NCBI GenBank assembly: GCA_043814605.1 | Contig: JBDRJV010000022.1 | Location: forward strand, 21,305 to 85,304 | Source: Candidatus Omnitrophota bacterium | GTDB lineage: Bacteria; Omnitrophota; Gorgyraeia; B26-G9 | Length of the DNA stretch: 64,000 bases | Direction: 5' to 3' | In this document: piece after piece, positions 28,449 to 36,817 of the stretch | Numbering within the stretch: position 1 is the first letter of the stretch | How the letters are laid out: each line of letters begins with the position of its first letter | The notes under the pieces: model-generated | Database searches by the model: none | Told to the model about the DNA's origin: nothing | What the model saw: the letters and a program-made list of their open reading frames with translations, nothing else | Position numbers and translations under genes: made by a program

Positions 28449-29375
28449 TCACCTTAACCCGCTAAACTCATCAACAATACGCTTAAAAAACATTTTTCCG
28501 GCAGCCGGATTTGTTTCTTCCAGATTTAAGCGCAGCACAATTATTTGGGCAATATTCGATATACAGGCAGTAAGATCCGCATCATAAAAAGAAGCGATAT
28601 TTGTATTCGAATCAATTTCCTGTTTAATCTTAAACATAAACCCGTATTTATACAATTCTTTGTCTAAAAATTTCCTTACCGCACCGGCAAGTTTATTATA
28701 AATTTTATCAATTTCATACATATGGTCAATATCGGCAATAATTGCCCCGACTTTAGCCAGCGGATTATGGGCAAAAATAATTTTCATTACTTTATAGGCA
28801 TTAATCATATTATTGCTTTCGGGGTTTACTAATACCAAAAACTCGCGGATTAAATCCTTAAATACCGGGGATATTTTTAATAAATTTTGCTGCATCACGC
28901 TGATTAAAATCAGGTCTGAATTTTCTTCAATATCCTTTAATTTTAGCATTAGTTCCTGTTCTTTTTCTTCGCTGGCTAAAAAGCTTAAACTTTTTTGGTT
29001 TAACCCGATTATTTTTACGCCTAACGGACCGTCTTTAATTAACATCTGGGGGTTACTGATTTCTGTATTTTGCACATCCCGGCCTAAGAAAAATTTCAGG
29101 CAAGGCAAATCTTCATCCATATCCACAACGGTAATCCGCATTCCTAAGCGGGCCAGAGCTAAGGAAAGATTAATCACGAGAAAAGCATCTCTAAAATCAG
29201 TGCTGTTTCCGATTAAACCCACACTTTTTGTCGGAACTTTTACTGGATAAGCCGCGGTTTCTTTTTGAGCATCACTTTTGGTAGGATCTAAAACTTGATT
29301 TTCATCCTGTGAAAGGAATAAATAAGAAATATCTTCTAATCCTTTTCCCAATTTTTTTAACTTATTCATCTGCAT
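28449..29375 (-). CDS. ParA/MinD/FlhG-fold protein with a degenerate Walker A, a likely non-catalytic partner ATPase
   Basis: ...VGLIGNSTDFRDAFLVINLSLALARLGMRITVVDMD aligns to the MinD/ParA P-loop region, but KGG(V/C)GKT(T/S) is replaced by NSTDFRDA. A Walker-B-like DLILISV follows. The N-terminal roughly 50 aa are an extension. Confidence 0.5.
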   Translation of the reverse strand: MQMNKLKKLGKGLEDISYLFLSQDENQVLDPTKSDAQKETAAYPVKVPTKSVGLIGNSTDFRDAFLVINLSLALARLGMRITVVDMDEDLPCLKFFLGRDVQNTEISNPQMLIKDGPLGVKIIGLNQKSLSFLASEEKEQELMLKLKDIEENSDLILISVMQQNLLKISPVFKDLIREFLVLVNPESNNMINAYKVMKIIFAHNPLAKVGAIIADIDHMYEIDKIYNKLAGAVRKFLDKELYKYGFMFKIKQEIDSNTNIASFYDADLTACISNIAQIIVLRLNLEETNPAAGKMFFKRIVDEFSGLR

Positions 29376-29401
29376 ATGCGTCTAGCACAATCTTTTCTCC
29401 C

Positions 29402-30553
29402 CTATTCGATTTCAACTAAAGAATTCTCATTTCCCACCGGATCAGAAACTCTTTTTGGATTATTAGGATCAACAATCCATTTCCCATCTACAATAAACTT
29501 ATACTGATATTTCCCCGGGTTTAATTTATAGACCCGAGACCATACCCCTTTTTCCTCATTCTCTAATTTACTCTGGTTCTGCGCTACCCAATTATTAAAA
29601 TCACCGGCAATTTCTACGCTTTTTGCCTCAGGCGCATAAACAAAAAATTTTGTTTCTTTTTCTAATTTTTTCTCAGGTATTATTTTATCTATATCCTGCT
29701 TTTGTTGTATTTGCGGTTCTTGTGCTCTGGCTTTATCCAGAACGCGTTTAATGAAAATATCGTCTTGTTTATTTTTCGCTGTATTTTTTATTGAAGAAAC
29801 TTCCCGGGCTAGCTGTATATAATCTTCGGCGCCATTACTGCGCTGATCATAACTGGTTATGGGAACGCCGTGGCTGGAAGCTTCTCTGAGGCGGATATTA
29901 TTACGAATGATTGTGTTAAATACATTACCTGAAAAATATTTAAATATTTGTTCTTTAATCTCCTGCGCAAATCGGGTGCGGCGGTTAAACATTGTCAATA
30001 AGGCTTTAACTTTTATTTTACAATCTAATCGGGAATTAATCAGATTGATTGTTTCCATAAGTTTACTGATCCCATGTAAAGAAAAGAATCCTGTTTCCAC
30101 CGGGGCAATAACTTCATTTGACGCACGCAGCGCATTAAAGGTCAGCAGTCCCAAGCTCGGTGAGCAGTCAATTATCACAAAATCATATGTCTTTGTTCCG
30201 ACCATTAATGATATTGCCTGATGCAATTTTGCTTCTCTTGCGGGTTTGCCGGAAAGCTCCTGTTCTATTGCGCAAAGCCTGATATTTGCCGGAGCTAAAT
30301 CTAGTTTTTCGGTAATACGCGTTATTACTTGATCTAAGCGCATCCGGCTTTGCTCATTATCTGTCAAAACATTATACATTGATTTTTCCAAATTTTCTGG
30401 ATTAACATTCAGGCCTAAAGTTGCATGCGCCTGCGCATCCATATCAATAAGCAAGACATTCTGGTTTAGATCCGCTAAACTTGCTGCGAGATTAATTGCT
30501 GTTGTAGTTTTACCGCATCCGCCTTTTTGATTCGCAATAGCAATTATCTGCAT
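29402..30553 (-). CDS. ParA/MinD-family ATPase fused to a C-terminal CBM48 / AMPK-beta-type glycogen-binding domain
   Basis: Deviant Walker A at residues 9-17 (QKGGCGKTT), A' and B motifs, and a ParA fold through about aa 260. The C-terminus FFVYAPEAKSVEIAGDFNNWV...GKYQYKFIVDGKWIVDPNNP...NSLVEIE matches the AMPK beta GBD (GSFNNW...HQYKFFVDGQWTHDP). Confidence 0.8.
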   Translation of the reverse strand: MQIIAIANQKGGCGKTTTAINLAASLADLNQNVLLIDMDAQAHATLGLNVNPENLEKSMYNVLTDNEQSRMRLDQVITRITEKLDLAPANIRLCAIEQELSGKPAREAKLHQAISLMVGTKTYDFVIIDCSPSLGLLTFNALRASNEVIAPVETGFFSLHGISKLMETINLINSRLDCKIKVKALLTMFNRRTRFAQEIKEQIFKYFSGNVFNTIIRNNIRLREASSHGVPITSYDQRSNGAEDYIQLAREVSSIKNTAKNKQDDIFIKRVLDKARAQEPQIQQKQDIDKIIPEKKLEKETKFFVYAPEAKSVEIAGDFNNWVAQNQSKLENEEKGVWSRVYKLNPGKYQYKFIVDGKWIVDPNNPKRVSDPVGNENSLVEIE

Positions 30554-30617
30554 TTTTTTAGCCTCCTTAAATTAATAAGTTAAACCAAGCACAAAATTAA
30601 ACACTTTTCCTAAGTTT

Positions 30618-30673
30618 AAAAAAAACCACTGGTTTATTCATTACCCTATACTTTTTAACGAATAAACCAGTGG
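30618..30673 (-). terminator. Rho-independent terminator downstream of the major pilin gene
   Basis: Perfect 14-bp inverted repeat CCACTGGTTTATTC / GAATAAACCAGTGG. On the minus-strand RNA it is followed by a U8-9 run. It lies 55 nt 3' of the pilin stop. Confidence 0.65.
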
Positions 30674-30728
30674 AATCATTTTTAAATAACTTTCTCTTTT
30701 TTAATCCAAACAAAATTAAAAACCTATT

Positions 30729-31130
30729 TTAGTTCCATTCTTGAGGGCCTGCACCAGCTGCATTATCATACGTACCATCCTGATCCATTGTTACCATTTG
30801 ACCGCTATAAGGACCAGCGATTCGTGATGCTGTAGTAACAACTGTTGAAGGAGTTGCAACACTTGCATATGTCCAATCCCCATCATCACCGTCTAGATAA
30901 TCATCAGGCAAATCAACATCAGTTAAATCAGCATAAGCAGCAGTAAACTGATCTTGAAGCGCTCTATACTGTATTTGCGCATTTGTAATCGCGCGTAACC
31001 CTGCTTTTGCTTTCCCGCCTTTTGTTCTTTCAATTGATCTAAAATAACTTGGTACAGCTATTGTTACCAATATACCGATAATGATAACAACCATTAAAAG
31101 TTCCACAAGTGTAAAACCTTTTCTCTTCAT
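30729..31130 (-). CDS. pilA: Type IV pilin, candidate major pilin
   Basis: MKRKGFTLVELLMVVIIIGILVTIAVPSY is a class III signal with G/F cleavage and Glu+5. It has its own strong promoter and terminator. Confidence 0.8.
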   Translation of the reverse strand: MKRKGFTLVELLMVVIIIGILVTIAVPSYFRSIERTKGGKAKAGLRAITNAQIQYRALQDQFTAAYADLTDVDLPDDYLDGDDGDWTYASVATPSTVVTTASRIAGPYSGQMVTMDQDGTYDNAAGAGPQEWN

Positions 31131-31152
31131 CTTAAAACCCCCTTATAGTATA

Positions 31153-31181
31153 TATATATCAAAATTACTTTTTTCTGTCAA
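31153..31181 (-). promoter_or_regulatory. Sigma70-type promoter of the pilin gene
   Basis: On the minus strand: TTGACA, a 17-nt spacer, TATATA, then about 20 nt later AAGGGGG and the ATG. Confidence 0.5.
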
Positions 31182-31873
31182 GTCAAAATTCCCCGTTTTG
31201 ACTTCAATTTTATCCCCTTCTTTTTTACCTTAATTTCAAATTTAAGGCATATAGATAACTCATTAGTTGTAAAACTTGTCTCTTCCCTTTTTCACCCCCT
31301 TTCAATCTTGGGTTAAAGCGTTATCTACTTTCACCCCCTTTCAAATTTAGACATAAAAAATCCGACCTATCCTGATGAACAGATAGCTCGGTTTATTTTT
31401 GAAGAAAACTTCCCTTTTGTGATTAGGTAGCCCGGCTGTCTAAAAAATCCTTTTTTAGATCCGTAACTTTGCCCCGAAAAAATTATAAATAATAACATTT
31501 TTCCTTTAATTTTCGGGGTCCCAATTTATCTCCAGATACAATCCGAACTTTGGGACGCCCCCTGTTTTCACAGGGTTTGCCTTTTTCTGTACAAGGGTAG
31601 TACTAAATTTTTGTTTTAACCGGATGTGATGGTTAAAAAATTCTAAACTTAAAAATTATATAAAAGAGCTTGTATCATAATTATACCTGATTATAGCCTA
31701 TTTTGCCAGTTTTTTATAAAAAAAATTCTGTATCTTACTAAAAATAAATAAGTTACATAATTATAAAATTTATTGATTTAAATCTTCTATTTTTTTCTGA
31801 AATCTAACAATCGCAATAATGCTTTATTTATAATAATTAAAATATTCTGCTAGCATTCACCCCATCCTGATTT

Positions 31874-31908
31874 AACCCAATTCTGACCGCGGGGGTCAGA
31901 GTTGGGTT
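31874..31908. repeat. REP-like palindromic element, copy 1 (AACCCAATTCTGACC-GCGGG-GGTCAGAGTTGGGTT)
   Basis: 15-bp arms with a 5-nt loop. It abuts the stop codon of the 1303-aa gene. A near-identical copy lies at 36049-36083. Confidence 0.6.
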
Positions 31909-34900
31909 AAATTGACATTTCTGGATTTATATTGTGCATGTAAAAAATATCTTTTATTTGCTCTAAGGCAATCATGGCAACCTTGGAATCTTCAACAACT
32001 TTTTTTTGCCTTGCCTTGTTTTTAATAATTCGCTCAAGTGAATCAATAAAACTACATGCACTTTCCTGCTCATAATCCTTTAGCTTGCTAAGATCAATTA
32101 TTTTAATGCATTTTAATAACTGCCTTAAGTATTTATTCTTTAAAAATTTTAACTTATAAAGAAGCTTATCAGAATCATAGTAACCAGAGCTGATTGATAT
32201 CCGAATTAGCTCAGCCGCATCAAATCTCTTTTTATTGCTGGGTGATTGTAAAGCCTCTACCACCTGACCTTCAATTTGCGGCATAATTTTCGGTACCATT
32301 GCCGGCATAACTAATTTTGAAAACATTTTTACCGCTAAAGAACTGGTAAAATTAAAATCTTTCACTCTATCTTCACCTGTATATACTGTTACAATCCCAG
32401 AATATTTATCTTCTATGCCAAATAAAAATACAGCAATCCGGTTTTTTTTATTATCTCCAGTGCCGGTTTTCCCAAATATATTAATATGTTCGGCTAAAAC
32501 AGAATTTTTAATTTTTGCCCTTTGCGCTGATCCTTGCAAAACAACTTGTTTCAAAACTTTTATACCAACCTCTGCTATTTCTTTAGATAACACTTGCTCT
32601 GATTTTAAGAGCATTTTATTTAGAAAACTGGCAAAAGGGGTTTCTCTGGCTAACTGGATTTCTCCAACTTCCTGAGTATCTTTTTTAACCCCTTTATTTA
32701 TCAAAATACTAATTAAATCCACCAGTGCTCCGGGCGTATCCCCCGAAGGCCCCAGCGCCACGCTCAAGGTAGGGATAACTTTAAACGGATATCCTAGTTT
32801 TTGCCAAAAAGGCGTGATCTTCTGGTAAAAAATACTTTTTTCTAAATCTGTATAAATCCTCCGATACATTTCATGTGAAGCCGCAGGACTTAATAACCAT
32901 TCCGCTGTACTATTAATAATCATTTTTGTCTGTTTTGAATCAGGTTGATACCCTGATTTTATTTGCTGTTTTAGCCATTTACTTTGTTTTTTAGCTAATC
33001 TTTTAAAAAAATCCTGATATGTTTTATTTTTCATTTGCGCAATAGTCTTTTTAATATTTCCTTTATTTTGTTTTGCTTGTCTAATAAACTTTATAATCTC
33101 CTCAGCTATGTGCTTCTTTTCTGTCTGAAGTACCTCCGTAGCATACTCCTGCCAAACCGGATTATTATGATTCTTACATATCTCATCCGCTGCATACCCA
33201 AATGTTTGCTCAACATAATACTCAAATATTTGTTCTGCTAAACGCACAAAAACTAAATTAATGGATAGAATTAATGCTTTGTCCACGCTCACAGCCTCTA
33301 AGTTATGTGCCGGATGATAGTTATTTATTTGCTGCCAGCCGCCGGCTGTAAAAAATTTACCCGGCATTGCAGAAACTTTATATTTTAAAGCTTTTTCTAA
33401 TATATCCTTTAAACTCAGATCAGGATTCACATATAACTGTGCAATCACCCACTGGCTTATCGGATTACTTTTTTGTGCAAGTGCCATTTCTAATTCCACT
33501 GAGCTTTGGGCAAAAGATTTATGAAAATTATAGACATCTGCAACAATAGTTAAAAATTGTAAAAAAATACGCAGTTTAGCAGTTGAACCCAATTCCGTCT
33601 TACTATCTAAAACATAGTCAAACTGCTGATCATCAAATGTATCAATATGTGCGACTACTTTATTTGCAGATGAAGCATCTCCACCTTTTTCTACTACATA
33701 ACAGCTATAGCGCAACTGAGAAATGTCATTATTCCTTAAATTAATCAGTTTCCTGCCGGCAAAGGAATACTTTTGCAAAAAATACGGATCATACATTTGT
33801 ACAAAATTTTCATACAGCTTCTGTTGCAATAAATGATCATTAGAAGCTCGCAACCTTATATCCATCCTATTTAATGTATTAAGATTAATTAAATCCTCTG
33901 GAGTTGATTCTCTTAAAAGCTTTACCATCCAATTACGCATGGACAAAGCCGCCCGATTTTTACCGTAAGGCACTCCGTTAAATAAAACTTTTTTCTGCGG
34001 ATTCCAATAATCATAAGTTTCTTGTGCAGTTTTTGATTCTTGTTCGCTAATAAATTCCATCCTCTGGATTTTTTTTAAAAGCAGGTTTGCTTCCTCATTA
34101 CCCCCATTATTTCTTAATATGCTTGGATTTCTAATTGCACCCATCAAGGCCGCAATTCGTTTTAGAGCCTTAGTCCGTAACTGCGGATCTTTTAACTGCG
34201 TATTTAGTTCCGTCAGACTGATTCCGTAAAAAGCGTACAAAGCCTCACCAAAACCAATAACTTCCCCCAGATAACCGTTTGGCCCACCGGCAAATGGTAC
34301 CCAGTTTAAATAATTCAATAATATATTTTGCGCAGCGAGTTGCGGATTATCATTGCTAAAAAGTAATGAGGCATGTATAAGCTGCTTAATTTTTTCTTCA
34401 AAATCTTTTGTTTTACCATTTTCTGAATGTAGTATTTTAGCTAACTGAATCGCAATTGTACTTGCTCCGTGCACTCTCCCATAATAATCATGTGAAATAT
34501 TACTATAGATAATTGAGTATATCGCGTTTACTAAACGCCGCTCCTCAATTATATAATTTCCTTTTCCTAGAAATACTCTCAATTCCGGAAAAAGCAGTTG
34601 TAATAACTTTGTATTTTCCCAAGCTAGGAGCATTTTTATGATCAAAGGGTCAACATCTGAAAATTTTTCAATTCGATAAGGATCATTATATTCATAAATA
34701 ATTCTTTCTTGAGGATCAATAATTAAAAAATTATTTCCCTGATCCCAAACTGGCGGCATAATTGAGCGTTTTTTTATTAGATCAATTAATAACCGGGATT
34801 GAGCTGTTTTCGCTTTAAAGTCAAATCCCTGTTTATTAATCAAAAAAGAAATTAAATCAGGCAACAAAATATAACCTTTTGTTTTAGAGTACAAACCTGT

Positions 34901-35818
34901 TTTGGGATAAACCATTTTAATGCCTGATAAATTTTTACCTTCATCTTTAAACACTGTTTGCCAATAAATACATGCACGCATAAGGTTAAAATATTGTTTA
35001 TACAAAACCGCATAATAAAGTTCAAAAAACAATATTGCTTTAAATGACAGAAAAAGCCCGGCAATAAGTAACCATTTTTTTCTTCTATCCGTGGGAAATT
35101 GTATTTTTTTAATTAAAAGTAAATGCGGGGTTAAAATCGCAGCAACTAATAAGCTATTAAAAATTAAGGAACCAAAGCAGTAACAATAACTTATGGTAAA
35201 AACAGCCGGAATTAATATCACCCCGGATAAAAAACTAACTAAAATTTTATCTAAACCAAACGCATCTTCTAATACAGTTTCGCGGAAAATCTTATTCTTA
35301 CCAACTCCCCAAACATGAGACATATGCCAGAAAACCTGAAAAGTGATAAATGATTGAGCAAACCATCTGAAACTATCTTGAGTAATATCAAAAGGCAGAC
35401 CGGTTTTTTGATACATAACAAAGGCCATACCACAGATCATTAAAAACGGGTAATAATAAATTTCAAAAAACTTTTTAATAAAATCTCTGTGATTTTTCCA
35501 AAACAGCTTGAAATATTTTTTTAAACCATCTGTAAAATTAAAGGGGAAATTTTTTTCTTTACCTTTAATCTTTTCTTGTTGTTCTTTAAAATTCAATAAT
35601 GTTCTTTTTATCTTGCCTTGCTGCCGCATTGTTTGGTTAAACGATCCGGCAAATAAGTCTATAAAGTTATTCTGGGAAATTTGCACTTGCGGGGATAAAC
35701 AATCATGACGATTCTTGCTAAAACCAGACAAATCTCCTGCGGCAAAAACAAGGTTTGTCCATAATAATAGCTCTATTAATATGAAAACAATAATATTTAA
35801 TTTTAACTTATTTTTCAT
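31907..35818 (-). CDS. Highly divergent class A penicillin-binding-protein-like protein (GT51 transglycosylase-like plus transpeptidase-like motifs) with extra N-terminal TM segments and large insertions
   Basis: Signal or TM plus about 5 additional TM helices. HGASTIAIQLAK matches GT51 motif 2. KIKQLIHASLLF...ILLNYLNWVPFAGG matches motifs 3/4. ELGSTAKL is an SxxK motif, LSIN is an SxN motif, and FGKTGTGDNKKNRIAVFLFG matches the KTG(T) motif plus the D..WFVG region. These are my motif-level calls, not a search. Confidence 0.5.
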   Translation of the reverse strand: MKNKLKLNIIVFILIELLLWTNLVFAAGDLSGFSKNRHDCLSPQVQISQNNFIDLFAGSFNQTMRQQGKIKRTLLNFKEQQEKIKGKEKNFPFNFTDGLKKYFKLFWKNHRDFIKKFFEIYYYPFLMICGMAFVMYQKTGLPFDITQDSFRWFAQSFITFQVFWHMSHVWGVGKNKIFRETVLEDAFGLDKILVSFLSGVILIPAVFTISYCYCFGSLIFNSLLVAAILTPHLLLIKKIQFPTDRRKKWLLIAGLFLSFKAILFFELYYAVLYKQYFNLMRACIYWQTVFKDEGKNLSGIKMVYPKTGLYSKTKGYILLPDLISFLINKQGFDFKAKTAQSRLLIDLIKKRSIMPPVWDQGNNFLIIDPQERIIYEYNDPYRIEKFSDVDPLIIKMLLAWENTKLLQLLFPELRVFLGKGNYIIEERRLVNAIYSIIYSNISHDYYGRVHGASTIAIQLAKILHSENGKTKDFEEKIKQLIHASLLFSNDNPQLAAQNILLNYLNWVPFAGGPNGYLGEVIGFGEALYAFYGISLTELNTQLKDPQLRTKALKRIAALMGAIRNPSILRNNGGNEEANLLLKKIQRMEFISEQESKTAQETYDYWNPQKKVLFNGVPYGKNRAALSMRNWMVKLLRESTPEDLINLNTLNRMDIRLRASNDHLLQQKLYENFVQMYDPYFLQKYSFAGRKLINLRNNDISQLRYSCYVVEKGGDASSANKVVAHIDTFDDQQFDYVLDSKTELGSTAKLRIFLQFLTIVADVYNFHKSFAQSSVELEMALAQKSNPISQWVIAQLYVNPDLSLKDILEKALKYKVSAMPGKFFTAGGWQQINNYHPAHNLEAVSVDKALILSINLVFVRLAEQIFEYYVEQTFGYAADEICKNHNNPVWQEYATEVLQTEKKHIAEEIIKFIRQAKQNKGNIKKTIAQMKNKTYQDFFKRLAKKQSKWLKQQIKSGYQPDSKQTKMIINSTAEWLLSPAASHEMYRRIYTDLEKSIFYQKITPFWQKLGYPFKVIPTLSVALGPSGDTPGALVDLISILINKGVKKDTQEVGEIQLARETPFASFLNKMLLKSEQVLSKEIAEVGIKVLKQVVLQGSAQRAKIKNSVLAEHINIFGKTGTGDNKKNRIAVFLFGIEDKYSGIVTVYTGEDRVKDFNFTSSLAVKMFSKLVMPAMVPKIMPQIEGQVVEALQSPSNKKRFDAAELIRISISSGYYDSDKLLYKLKFLKNKYLRQLLKCIKIIDLSKLKDYEQESACSFIDSLERIIKNKARQKKVVEDSKVAMIALEQIKDIFYMHNINPEMSI

Positions 35819-36048
35819 AACTTTATTAGTAGTAATATGTTATATTTATAATATAAAGATAATAATTTGAAAAAGTGTACCATATAATTTATTTATTTGC
35901 AACAAAGCAAAAATATAGTTTAGCGGTTTCTTTGGATTAAATTTCTGATAGGAAACGGATAGCGAAAAGCGGAAAAATAAATCCGGGAGATGTGGAATGT
36001 TTAAAGTGTAATGAAAGTTATTTCAGGGTTCAAGTATCCGGCAACAAG

Positions 36049-36083
36049 CTCAGGTAATAACCCAATTCTGACCGCGGGGGTCA
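36049..36083. repeat. REP-like palindromic element, copy 2 (AACCCAATTCTGACC-GCGGG-GGTCAGAATTGGGTT)
   Basis: It differs from copy 1 by one compensated position. It lies 15 nt 3' of the stop of the 36099 gene. Confidence 0.6.
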
Positions 36084-36098
36084 GAATTGGGTTACCCA

Positions 36099-36806
36099 TC
36101 ATAACTTGCCCTCTTCAAATCCGTATAGGGATTTTGCACATTCAGGACATAGCCCGTGCGTAAATTCTGTTTCAGAATGATCAGTAATATATCTTTCAAT
36201 CTGATTCCAATAACCTTTATCATCACGGATTTTTTTGCAATTCGCGCAAATTGGTAAAATTGTTCTTAAAGTCATGACTTCTTTACGAATCTTATTAACA
36301 ATGATATTTAAAAGAAAACCTAACCAAACTGCATAAAACAAAAATCCAAAGTTAGTAAAAATAGTTCTCCAGGTTGCCGCAGGGCCTGAAAATAATAATA
36401 TATTGTGAAAAATAATTATTAGCGATCCAGGCACGAGAAACTCAATGAATGGTTTACTGGATAATATTGCCGCAACTAAAATAATTACCATATTGCCGGC
36501 AAAATAAATACTGTTAAATCCTTCACCAACAATAAGTGTTATATATGAAATGCTAATCCCGCATACAACATAAGCCGAAGCAATTATCACAGATACTAAT
36601 TTTTCCGGTATTTTTTCAATTACAAAATAAAAAATAAAACAATAGGCCATGGCAAATAAACGCACAATAAGCAGGGGCAACCAAAAGTTAAGATAGTAAA
36701 TGTGATCTAATAAATGATAACTTAACATGCCAAAAAAACCGATTAAAAGATGTATGGCCAAACGGGTTTTTAATTCATTAAGGTTTGTTTTAATCATTTT
36801 TTGCAT
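36099..36806 (-). CDS. Polytopic membrane sensor-like protein with a C-terminal 4-Cys (CxxC...CxxC) domain, paralog B
   Basis: About 5 TM helices, then LRTILPICANCKKIRDDKGYWNQIERYITDHSETEFTHGLCPECAKSLYG. I moved the start to MQKMIKTNL, matching the paralog. It is about 70% identical to the upstream gene. Confidence 0.5.
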   Translation of the reverse strand: MQKMIKTNLNELKTRLAIHLLIGFFGMLSYHLLDHIYYLNFWLPLLIVRLFAMAYCFIFYFVIEKIPEKLVSVIIASAYVVCGISISYITLIVGEGFNSIYFAGNMVIILVAAILSSKPFIEFLVPGSLIIIFHNILLFSGPAATWRTIFTNFGFLFYAVWLGFLLNIIVNKIRKEVMTLRTILPICANCKKIRDDKGYWNQIERYITDHSETEFTHGLCPECAKSLYGFEEGKL

Positions 36807-36817
36807 TATATTAAAAC

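Noticed and set aside
27832-30221. Several 60-145-aa plus-strand ORFs antisense to the ParA-operon genes
   Set aside because: They are antisense to coding frames that carry clear ParA, CBM48 and ParA-like motifs.
31700-31725. Possible sigma54 -24/-12 element (CTGGCA...GC) upstream of the pilin
   Set aside because: The GG-to-GC spacing is 8 nt, where sigma54 needs 10. It is about 580 nt from the start codon. A good sigma70 promoter lies adjacent to the gene.
31874-31908. REP-like hairpins considered as intrinsic terminators
   Set aside because: No U-tract follows on the transcribed strand. They are better described as REP-like stem-loops. I listed them as repeats.
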